This document shows, one piece after another, positions 1-9,960 of a stretch of 64,000 nt of DNA (position 1 is the stretch's first letter; each line of letters opens with the position of its first letter). Origin of the DNA: Nymphon striatum (Eukaryota); contig JABFOP010000225.1 in NCBI GenBank assembly GCA_016618385.1, forward strand, positions 79,735 through 143,734, read 5' to 3'. The position numbers and the translations under genes are program-made. Below the pieces are notes generated by a model. The model was not told where the DNA came from. It was given only the letters and a program-made list of their open reading frames with translations, and searched no databases.

Positions 1-488
1 GACACGAATCCGGTCCTTCTGCACATGATCAGGTGATAACTGGAGCCCGAAGCTTCTTTTGTGATCTTTACGGAAAGCCAGGGTATTTATCCCTGGATAA
101 GCTACGCGCCCACTTGTTTGCATCTAGCAAACTAGATCTGCGCTTCCTTCCTCCAACAGAAGATGCGTTTCACTTCCATGTTCTCAGGAGCCTTTGTCAG
201 ATCAGCTTATACAAGCAATCTTCACTCAGCAATCCAGTGCTTCTTCCACCTGAAGAGTATGGCAGAATTGTGGATGGTGACAGGTTAATTCCTGTCATGA
301 AGAGCAAGCCATCAAAGCCTTCCGCTGCGAAGTTGAAGTACCGTAAATGCAAGAAGAAACCGAACTGCCTGAGGAACTGCCCTTGTGCGAAAGCTGCAGT
401 ACCATGCATAATTGCATGTGCCTGCAATGGCGACAGAGAAAAATGTGGACGGCTTCTGACTGATCATTATGATGATGATGATGATTAA
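1..488 (+). CDS. C-terminal part of a repeat-borne protein. It is open to the window edge and ends at TAA 486-488. It carries a CXC-like Cys-rich motif (CKKKPNCLRNCPCAKAAVPCIIACACNG) and a poly-Asp tail encoded by (GAT)n.
   Basis: The frame has no stop back to position 3. The cysteine spacing resembles tesmin/TSO1-type CXC modules. A diverged second copy of the same nucleotide sequence lies at 46790-47183. I cannot assign a family from sequence alone. Confidence 0.5.
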   Translation, partial: HESGPSAHDQVITGARSFFCDLYGKPGYLSLDKLRAHLFASSKLDLRFLPPTEDAFHFHVLRSLCQISLYKQSSLSNPVLLPPEEYGRIVDGDRLIPVMKSKPSKPSAAKLKYRKCKKKPNCLRNCPCAKAAVPCIIACACNGDREKCGRLLTDHYDDDDD

Positions 489-540
489 ATAGTGCTAATG
501 ACACTTTTGTACCGCACAATTAAATATGAAATATATGTAT

Positions 541-1240
541 TAAATTCCCGATTTTAGTAATTTTTTTAAAATTTATGTAAATCTAAAGTGACATTCATGC
601 CAGTAATTTAAGTTCAGTCGGGGCAATTACTTTCCTAAAAACATTAGAGGGATGCAAAGAACATATTTTGGGTGTGAAAATGTAATATATCAACCACAAA
701 GTATAGAAAAATGTTAATTATTTGATAAAGGCGTTACATTTTCAGCTTAACCCACTTTCCGTGACCTTTTGACCTCTGGTGACCTCATGGATGGTCCAAT
801 TGCATTGAATCTTGTTTCATATAAGAGCCAAGCTTATAACAAAAAGAATGAGTGGTAATTTGTTGCATTCACCTCTTTATTATGGGATATATAGTCAAAT
901 GTCGGATTTTTGTGATTTTTTTTAATTTATGCAAATTTAAAGTGACATTCATGCCAGTAATTTAAGTTCAATCGGGGCATTACCTTCCCAAAAACATTAG
1001 AGGGATGCAAAGAACATATTCTGGGTGTGAAAATCTGGATATATTAAGCTTAAAGTAGGGAAAATGTGAAATGTTTGATAAAGGCGTTAAATTTTCAGCT
1101 TGACCCACTTTCCGTAAACTTTTGACCTCTGGTGACCTCATGGATGGTCCAATCAAATTGAATCTTGTTTCATATAAAAGCCAAGTTTATAACAAAAAGA
1201 ATGAGTGGTCATTTGTTGCATTCACCCCATAATAAATGCA
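541..1240 (+). repeat. Tandem duplication of a ~354-bp unit, two copies, just downstream of the CXC ORF. Each copy contains the motif CTTTTGACCTCTGGTGACCT.
   Basis: GTAAATCTAAAGTGACATTCATGCC at 578 recurs as GCAAATTTAAAGTGACATTCATGCC at 932 (354 bp later). TTTTGACCTCTGGTGACCTCATGGATGGTCCAAT is present in both units. This looks like subterminal repeats of the same element as the ORF. Confidence 0.7.
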
Positions 1241-1618
1241 TGAAAATCTCATTTCAGTTTCCCCTACCCCTAATTATTTGGCTCATTTAGGTGACGTCGT
1301 ATCTTCAAACTTCCACCCACAGAAATTATTCGCAAGAGCGTTTGATGAGCAGACCTCTGAAACCTTATGAGGAATGAATATACCTACCTAAAAACACATA
1401 GAAACAAAGTATAGCAAGAAGTGTGACCTCCTTTAAACATTTAGGGCTCTGGGTCCCCTACTAACTGTATATGAGGTTATTTTCACCATTTAATCTTACT
1501 GTTTAAAGTTATACATGATTGAAGACAACTTGTGGTCAGTTAAAATGTAGTTGTCTAACAGGTCTCTATTGTGATTCTTTCCTAGTAGTGTAGTCGTACA
1601 ATCCAAATATGCACCCAA

Positions 1619-2160
1619 ACCTAGAAAAAAATAGGGAAAAGCTGAAACTTGGCAAAATGATAGGGGAACCTATTTAGAATGACCAAAAAAAATGCCCCAT
1701 GATTGCCCCGTGTGGAAACCCCGCTTTGGGCCATTGATTCAAAATGGTGGTTGTTGCCATTGGCCGAAAAGTCGAAAGTTTCATAATCACCTCGAAAAAA
1801 ATAAGGAAAAGCTGATACTTGGCAAAATGATAGGGGAACCTATTTAGAATGACCAAAAAAAATTCCCCATGATTGCCCCTGGTGGAAACCCCATTTTGGG
1901 CCATCGATTCAAAATGGTGGATGTTGCCATTGGCCGAAAAGTCGAAAGTTTCATAATCACCTAGAAAAAAATAAGTAAAAGCTGATACTTGGCAGAATGA
2001 TAGGGGAACCTATTTAGAATGACCAAAAAACAATTCCCCATGATTGCCCCGCGTGGAAACCCCATTTTGGGCCATCGATTCAAAATGGTGGATGTTGCCA
2101 TTGGCCGAAAAGTCGAAAGTTTCATAATCACCTAGAAAAAAATAAGGAAAAGCCGAGCCT
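1619..2160. repeat. Tandem repeat of a ~171-bp unit, about 3.2 copies.
   Basis: CCT(A/C)GAAAAAAATA(A/G)GGAAAAGCTGA recurs at 1619, 1791, 1961 and 2131, with about 90% identity between units. Confidence 0.8.
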
Positions 2161-2421
2161 GGTGTACATAATTGTGTACATGAAATCTAGTATTTTTACA
2201 CAAATCAGTGCCCATATATTTTTCCCTAATTACTGTTGTCTTAAGATAATGTGTATTATAGAAAATAACCTAACAATATGTAACTAATTATGGTTCTAAA
2301 ATAAAGCAATTTTAGTAAACTGAAACTGTGTTATTTTAAAAATGTTTCTCATATTTTACTATTTTTGAGTACTTACTACCTTTGACTGTACAGTTATGCA
2401 CATCCTGTAAATTCCTAATGC

Positions 2422-2910
2422 GGTACTTTGGAACTAAAAATCCAGATGGCGCAATGTAGCAGTTCGGGTCATTTTGCTAAATCCCGATGAACTTCAAGTC
2501 TTCAACTGTGTTTGTTGTGTCGTTCGATTTTCGCAGGTTATAAGCATATTTTTCAAAATCAAAATCAATTTTTTCAAAATGCCGAAGAACAAATACGAAG
2601 GAAAGAGTTTAAATGATTTAACGATCACATGTGTCCGAGAGACCTGATAAATTGGTAGGTTGCCACTTCTCTCTTAATTAATTAATTGCCACCTTCCACA
2701 ATTGAAATCGTGCATGGGTTGACCACGGAAATAAATGGACAGACCTCTTCTTGCACATAGGACGCGACATTCGGTTGGCATGATGTGTAATTGACAAATA
2801 CACCCATAAACTTAGTAACGATAGCACAACACAGTGTTAAATTATCAGAGGCTGACCTGATCCACGTCGCAGCGCCATCTGTACACTCATTATTTAACAA
2901 GGTATCCCAT
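2422..2910. repeat. Left copy of a ~490-bp inverted repeat; its partner is at 14342-14838.
   Basis: The reverse complement of 14342-14838 aligns along the whole length at about 93% identity. Outer and inner boundaries are sharp. The mirrored short ORFs (2682-2900 minus, 14322-14579 plus) are a consequence of the duplication. Confidence 0.85.
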
Positions 2911-3689
2911 TAATTACTAAATTGGGGGGGGGGGTAAATGTTTTATGTTGCTATTAGAGAGGTCCTAGTAAAGTGTTTTAATTGACTTTTATTTTTTTAT
3001 GCCAATAGAATTAATTCAGACCTGCAGGAAAACGTCATCATAAAGTTGATGACTTTTTTTAATTTCAAGAAGAAAAATCCGTAGGCCTCTCTATTTAGTA
3101 TTATACTATAAGCACTAAATTTTAAGTAAATGAAACTTACAACATTTGTCATATGATTTAACACTTTATCATGGCAATTCTTGCTCACATTAGCAAGAAT
3201 AATATTTCGCAAATTTCTAAGCATTGCCATGTAGGGCAGTTTTCCATGATCTGGAAAAGACAATAAGCAAAAAAAAAAAGACAAAAAATTAAAGATTTGA
3301 AATCAACAGTTTTTTTCAATCTATTTAAATTTCTTGAATAATTTTTAAATACCAATAAGTTCTTCCCACACATGACTTTTATTACCACGCATTGATAAGG
3401 AAGTTTCCCAAGTTTCAGGGGTTGGCAATTTCATCCGCTTTCCAGCTAAATCTCTACTCCACACACCAGGCAAGCGACTTTGTCTGTAATCGTTTTCATT
3501 TTCAGGATATCTGGAACGAAATTTCAAGTAATACATTGTAATTAATTATAAGTGGCTAAGTGAAATTCAGAATCATTTTTGTTTTTTTAAGGAAAACGTC
3601 AGAAAGTATTTCATTTTAATAAATATTTTACTGAAATTTTGCATACATGTGTACATGCATACATATTATTTTTTCAAAAAGTCAATATC

Positions 3690-4215
3690 TTTATCAGGTA
3701 TCAATTTTTGCTGGTTTATCAGCATAAACTAGTGACTTCAAGTAGCCCCACATGAAAAAATTGAGAGGTGTCAAATCGCACGCCCTTGATGTCAATTGAT
3801 AGGTCCATTTCTCGAAATAACGTTATTGCCAAATTTTGATTTCAATAAGTCGATGGTTGCGATCGCCGTATGGAACGTAGCGCCATCCTGTTGCAACAAC
3901 ATCTCGTCCGGATCAATGGCATCCATATTTTCAAACAGAAAATCATTGATCATGATCAGGTAACAATGTCCATTGACCGTAACGAGAGCTCCGGCCTCAT
4001 TTTTGAAGAAATGAGGTCCGATTATGCCACCAGCATATAAACCGCACCAAGGGTGCATTTTTGTAAATGTAATAGAGTCTGTAGGGTTTCTTCTGGATTG
4101 GTCTCACTCCATATGCGGAAATTTTGCATATTAAAACCCGTTAAGCCAAAAATGAGCCATATTGCTGTACACAATTTTGCGATTAAACGACGGGTCAGTC
4201 AAGCATAAGTCTATC
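3690..4215 (-). pseudogene. Mariner-like (Tc1/mariner superfamily) transposase fragment, C-terminal two-thirds, with a frameshift and a stop.
   Basis: Minus-strand translation gives ...NMQNFRIWSETNPEETLQ...WCGLYAGGIIGPHFF...VTVNG..Y...LLQQDGATFHTA...ISRNGPINW... and, after a frameshift, LNFFMWGYLKSLVYADKPAKIDT. These are the classic mariner motifs (FQQDGA.AHTA; DFFLWGYLK). The copy is 5'-truncated near 4215. Confidence 0.8.
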
Positions 4216-5375
4216 CATGATGATTTGGCAGACGATAATGATCATAAATGTCAAAAAATTTGCCAGATGATACTTTATTATTTTCAAATGTTGATAGATA
4301 TTGATCTTTTGGGTTTTAAAAAAAATGTTGATTAAAAATTAATTTTTTGTGTTATTTTTACAATTTCAAGTTCTATCGGGCTTAAAAAAACACCCTTTAT
4401 AAATTTACAGTAAAACCTCCACTCACGGTCACCTCCGGTAAACGGTCACTTTTATCCCCCGAGCGATTTTCTTATATATTTCACCTCTGATAACCGGTCA
4501 CCTCTCAACTCTGGTCACCAAATTGACTGTTTTGGGATAAGATTCCCTCCTTTAAACAGTCAAATTCCACCAAAATTCGGCAAAATATTTACCAAGAAAA
4601 TATGTAACACTCAAACCAGACTCCAGTGTGTATATAAACCCCCATGAGATTTTATGTCTGTGTACTCATTTCATTTATGTAATTCAACTTGTACATATCC
4701 GGATAAAACTTTCTACATGTAATTCAGGTTTCCTGATTCATAGCTACGTTACAATTGTTCTTTTTATCTGTGAATTTTCTACTTACAAAAAATGTAACAG
4801 CCTAACTTACTTTTTCCCCAAGATGCACATGACATAATATACAGGATCAGAAATATGCAAAAGTCGTATCAGTTGCTTTAAAGTAAATCTTGTATTGTCT
4901 TGCATTTGATGATCATCCTCATCATCTTCACAGTATACAATCTGAAATATGTTTCCAAAGATCTCTTTTTACTTAAAATTGGCTCATAACACATTATTTA
5001 TATTTCATAAAATAAGATAGATAATTTACAAGCTCAATGTGCATTCATACGATTATATCTGCAAACAATTAATCTCATAAAATGTGATGATAATTGTCTT
5101 GATATTGGATAAGGCCTAACAATTTTTTTCTTTATTTTTTCACTATTTTGAAGAATGGTACAAAGTAGAGAGTTGGATTAATTAATTTATTAAATTGCTT
5201 TGAACCCTGAAACACAGGAGACTTTGACAACTTTGTTTGTGCGTGTTTCCTTTCTTTAGTGCTACAGAACTTAAATTAACCATATTAAAAATTGATTTTG
5301 ATGAAAATATCTTAGCTATTCAATAAGTTTTTTTCAGTAGTGAAGCACAGATGGCTTTGCTGTAAGGTAGGTTTG

Positions 5376-5482
5376 GGGTTCTTTCCTCGGCTGATTCTTA
5401 TCTGTCGATAATCTCATCTTCCTCCAACCCTTCTAAAAGTCTAAATAGGTAGATGGAGAACGACTCCAAATAAGCCTTAAAG
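5376..5482 (-). repeat. Copy of a ~110-130-bp dispersed module ('module B'). Other copies: 25755-25905(+), 26540-26690(+), 31540-31680(-), 52690-52830(+), 62455-62590(-).
   Basis: The shared core is ...CGACCACCGATAC..TTAAGGCT.ATT..GAGTCGTCCTCCATCTTCCTATTTAGA..TTTAGAAGGG.TGGAG... Two copies (25.9 and 26.7 kb) are fused directly to a tRNA-like SINE head. Confidence 0.6.
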
Positions 5483-5851
5483 GTATCGATGGGTAGTTAA
5501 ACTAAACATAACATCAACAACAACAACAACACCGGTATGACTACAAGACACACGACCACACATGGCCACAATATACCACACATGACCAATTTACAGAGAG
5601 TATACAGGGGACATGGGGCCTGCGGGGGTGGGGGTGGGGGAGAGACCAGAGGAATGCTGCCAGCAAGTTTCGTCAATGTACCTTGTAAATATTTGCCACA
5701 AACTGATTATTTAACCAAAACTCCGGTCGTCCGACTAACATAAATAATAGTCATAATAACCTAATGGTAATGTATTTCTCTGGTAAATAACTTTGATTAA
5801 TATTAAATGGATGTCTTAGATTTGATTTATTGATGCCTATATTTATATTAG

Positions 5852-6325
5852 AGAGCGTGGTAGCTGAGTAGTTGAGATCTCTATTCTGGGCTTGAATGAC
5901 CCAGCTTCGAATCTCATTCAAACCCCACCACTTTTTCACCTTTTACGTTGTGTAATCTCGTGCTCTCCTCTCTGATACTAGATGCAGGCTGGTTTTAGAG
6001 AGAAATACTCCATCCCTAGGATAGGACGTTAAATAGAGGTCTCGTGTAATTAGAGAGCCATACCTTCTGCATGTTAAAGAACTCACTTCACTATTCGAAC
6101 AAGAGCAAGGTGGAAGGTCTCGGTGAAGTGGTACACTTGCATTACATTAAGATTATTTCCTCGCCAACACACAATTGGGCCAGAGTGGCAAGTGTAAGGC
6201 CCTACTATCCCGTACTTGAAGTCCTCTAAATTAAAAACATCTGATGATAGAGGACTGGAGATCTAGAAGGGAGGCCTTTGCTCAGCAGTGGGCCTTATTA
6301 AGGTTGATTATGATGATATTTATAT
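5852..6325 (+). mobile_element. tRNA-derived SINE with an RTE-like 3' tail ('SINE-A'), roughly full length.
   Basis: The head carries an A-box-like TAGCTGAGTAG and a B-box GCTTCGAATCTCA. The body is shared with copies at 13440-13640, 29985-30272(-) and 33395-33672(-). The last ~70 bp (GGACTGGAGATCTAGAAGGGAGGCCTTTGCTCAGCAGTGGGCC) match the 3' end of the RTE-like LINE tail at 21720-21780. The copy ends in GATTATGATGAT. Confidence 0.7.
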
Positions 6326-6902
6326 AATATTTACATTTACTATTTGACTATGAAAAGTTCTGTCATAATTGTATTATTGCACATTTGTGCATTTATATAT
6401 ATACATGTTTTGATTTTGATATTGTAAACGAAAAGTTTTGAGCAATACATAGAGAATATGAAATGAGTTTCATAAATCTAATGTTAAATGGGAATGAGTT
6501 TCGTATTCTTTTTATCACATAACAGCCAGCTAACTTTTGAAAACAGATTAAATTTGCATTTCAACATTTCATAAATCTCATATAAAATAGGAACACATTA
6601 ATATCTTCTATATATAGACTGTTCAATAAAACAAGTTGTTATGAAAAGAAATAAAGTTTCAAATGTATACCATATCATCTTCATTCTCTGCATTTGATAC
6701 TTCATCACGAGTTTTAGAAGGGTTATTTTTAATTTCAGGCTTCTTCTTACCTCGATTATACTTTGCTATTGGGAGAAAAAATATTAACTAATTAATAAAA
6801 AATATGAAGTATATGAACATTTAAAAATATTGTGAAAATCAATAGTACATTTTTACAATAGTAAAACTTCATCATTTTGTCTGTAACCTCAATTTAATAC
6901 AT

Positions 6903-7251
6903 TGGCAGAGCTGCCAACCTGTGTAAGGTCAAACCCAAAACACGTCATCATGATCCAGAGATGGAGCGCTAAACGATAACATTTTTTTTTTAAATGGGAG
7001 AGTTCTAGGACTCTCTTGGTACAATTCTAGACTTAGAATCAGTTAAAATTCTTCAACTGTGACAACAAATGTGCATATACACTATACTTAGAGTGGACGA
7101 CACAAATACTTGGGTCTTCAGTGATTTTTTTCCATAAAACTCCACAAATGGCCAGCAATCAGAATTTTGTATTAGTATTTCGGAACCGCAGAACCAGTAG
7201 CAAAATCTGGAATTGTTCCGCACAAATCGGGACAGTTGGCAGCTCTGCATG
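6903..7251. mobile_element. Small MITE-like element with ~14-bp terminal inverted repeats GCAGAGCTGCCAAC.
   Basis: GGCAGAGCTGCCAACCTG at 6903 and CAGTTGGCAGCTCTGC at 7236 are inverted. The interior is AT-rich and non-coding. I could not identify a target-site duplication. Confidence 0.35.
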
Positions 7252-7941
7252 ACACTTTGATTGCAATTTTTATTATTATCGGTAAGTACATAGAGGGATA
7301 ATTTATCTGGTACTCTTGCTAATGGCAAAATGAATTCTTGCAAAAACTAAAAAGCACTTAATACCAAATATTTGACAGAAAGTAGAGAAAATCCATTAAT
7401 TCAAATTCAAATGATGAAGGATTTAGTACATCCATCATCTTAGTAAAGGTTAACTGAAGAAGTGTAGAGGCTACTTGTCTAGAAATAACGCAACACTGAT
7501 AGCCAACTTTTTTTTACAACACTATTACTTCATAGCTGACTTTTTTTTCTTTATATGGCACTAGTATGATTTACCAGACTTTTTTTGAACAGCACTGAAT
7601 ATCAAATCCAATTTCAAATGTATCACAGAGAATATTTATATATCTTGACAGATTTCTCACTTTCCAATACTCCTCAATTGGTGTAAGAAGCAAGAGCACA
7701 GGTACATAGAATCAAAAGTGCGAAGTTGCAAAATATAAACAATAAATCAACTCTTGTGAACATGTTTCATCATCTGTTTTCAGGATCCAACATGTCTGTA
7801 CTAAAGAGCTAAATTCAAAAATATTCAGTTTCAAAAATATCGTAATTTCACTTATATTCACCGAGATAAAATCTCGCAAATTTGTTTAAATATTATTATT
7901 CGTGGAGACTTATTATTGTTATTAGTTTAACTGGTAAATTG

Positions 7942-8223
7942 TTATGAATCATAAAAAATATATATTTTACCAAGTTGATATTCATCAAATTCAGAAAACT
8001 TTGAAATCATGGCAAATCTAAGTACAGTGGGAATGGAATGACGATTTATACTGTTATCATCAAAATACTGATATATTTCTGCAACATCAATCCAGTCTGT
8101 TGGAAGATTTATGGCCTTGTTAAAGTATTTCTTCAAATGACATCGGCATCTTTTGTCATAAGATGCATATGCCAACAGAAAGTTGGCAGTTGCTCTGATA
8201 TACAAATCCTTGCGAGTATACAA
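7942..8223 (-). CDS. Candidate exon of a host gene, minus strand, product unknown.
   Basis: A 93-aa ORF in non-repeat sequence, with plausible upstream exons at 8340-8460 and 8527-9048 in the same orientation. I recognise no domain. Confidence 0.3.
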   Translation of the reverse strand: MYTRKDLYIRATANFLLAYASYDKRCRCHLKKYFNKAINLPTDWIDVAEIYQYFDDNSINRHSIPTVLRFAMISKFSEFDEYQLGKIYIFYDS

Positions 8224-8526
8224 AGCAAGCTGTAAAAAAAAAGATGAAGCAAATTAATCTCTAGTCAAAATTAATGATGTGCCCAAATTAAGTAGAATAA
8301 GTTAGAATTTCTGAGAGATATTACTTTTAAAATGAACTCTGGGTCATATTCAGCCACAGCTATGGATTGTTTCATTATCATTTCCCTCATTGAGTCTTTC
8401 TTGTCTTTGAAATTTGGAGAGTGAAGTAATGAGGTACTAACCATGTTGATCAGTTTAAGCTATGTTGGAAATATAATAAATTAATGTATGCCATCTATGA
8501 CGATATTAATCTATTGAACAGATAAA

Positions 8527-9048
8527 TCAAACCTTTGATGACTCTATATCCATAGAAATATTGGTAATTTTGTATGCACTTTTTTCATCAACTGGTGCCG
8601 CAAATTTAAATTCTCTTTTATTACTCTCTCTAAGTAAAACTTCGTTGTAATTCCATTTATTAAAAGAATAAACTGGAAACTCTGCATGAGATTCATCCTC
8701 TTTCGAAGATGTCTCAGATAATGATATGCAAGAAATATTTTTGTCAATACCACTTTCTGATATAAGAGGACGTTTTGAAGGTTCGCTTGACTTAGAAAGA
8801 CACGTTTTTGACAATGACGATGCATGTCTTTTTTTTAGCAGTTCACCTGAATAAAGATTTGAACTCAGAGTCAATTGCTGATTTACAAGTGAATGAGATG
8901 TGTTTGGTCCAATTGACAAAAGATTGTTCTGAAGAGATCTTTGCAATCCTACTCCTCTGAGGGACCTGTTACTCAAATTATTACAAGATGAGCTAGATAA
9001 CAACTTGTTTTCGAGTCTATGTGAATTATTTTCCATTGTTCGTGACAA
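8527..9048 (-). CDS. Candidate Ser-rich exon of the same minus-strand host gene, product unknown.
   Basis: A 173-aa ORF, Ser/Leu/Asn-rich, with no match elsewhere in the window. It could be a low-complexity region of a real protein. Weak. Confidence 0.3.
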   Translation of the reverse strand: MSRTMENNSHRLENKLLSSSSCNNLSNRSLRGVGLQRSLQNNLLSIGPNTSHSLVNQQLTLSSNLYSGELLKKRHASSLSKTCLSKSSEPSKRPLISESGIDKNISCISLSETSSKEDESHAEFPVYSFNKWNYNEVLLRESNKREFKFAAPVDEKSAYKITNISMDIESSKV

Positions 9049-9699
9049 TATCTACAGCTGAAAAATAAATTATGACAGATACATTACAAAAACAGTTACA
9101 ACTGTAACATGAAAAAAAGAAAAACATGAAGAGTGCAATCATAATATACTTTTATGAAATACTACTTCAAAAACATTTTTTTAAACATATGCCAATCAGT
9201 CTTTTGAAATCATAAGAAATAATACTTACTGGTTACATTTATATTGATAGAGATTTAATAATAATAGGAACAGCAGGTAGGGAAGAAAGCTGCTTGACCT
9301 CTCCATTGGCAATACAATTATATTAAAGCTTCAGGAGCAAGTGATGAAAGTAGGCGGTTCACATTAAAATGTTGTGTAGAAGAATGCTTTGACACACACT
9401 CTATGCTTTTTAGAAAATAGAATTGAACATAAATTTCTTAGTGCTGCAGACCTGTCTCGTGACTTAGTTCATTTGATTCCATTTGGTTTTAAGTAATTAT
9501 GTTGAGGTTATTAATCAATTTGCTTACACATCATAAATTACTTTCTCTCAAGTCACTTATCATTGAGATCTTCACATGGTGTCTCGATATAAAACTTCAT
9601 TGGTTTTGAATACTCATGCATGAAAGAACTGTTTCAAAAAATCACATGTATTATTAAAAACATATTTCTATATATGTGATTTTCTGGGCTTAAATGCTT

Positions 9700-9960
9700 G
9701 ATGGGTATGCAGTTCAGAGATCCGAGAGACTCTCCAGGTCAAGCAGCTACTTTTCCAAATCGAAAAATCACAGCTCCGCTATCACGGACATGTGATGCAC
9801 TTGTTTTCGGACAGAATTGCAAGACAGGTTTTATTGGCCCTCCCAACGGGCCAGAGAGGCCAATATTGAGAAATGGACAGCTTAGTATCTCCATAGATTC
9901 TGCCCAGGCTTGTGCGACACAAAGAGGTTACATTTCTTCGTTGCTGCTGATGACGCACAA
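9700..9960 (+). mobile_element. Degenerate 3' fragment of a LINE ORF2 tail (L2/CR1/RTE-like).
   Basis: Translation gives ...QLRYHGHVMHLFSDRIARQVLLALPTGQRGQ..., the typical LINE C-terminal block (W.GHV.RM.D.R.P...L.....G.R..GRP), followed by frameshifts. Confidence 0.55.

Noticed and set aside
2682-2900. 72-aa ORF mirrored by the 85-aa ORF at 14322-14579, which looks like a conserved small protein
   Set aside because: The conservation is a by-product of the 490-bp inverted duplication. There are no other coding signals.
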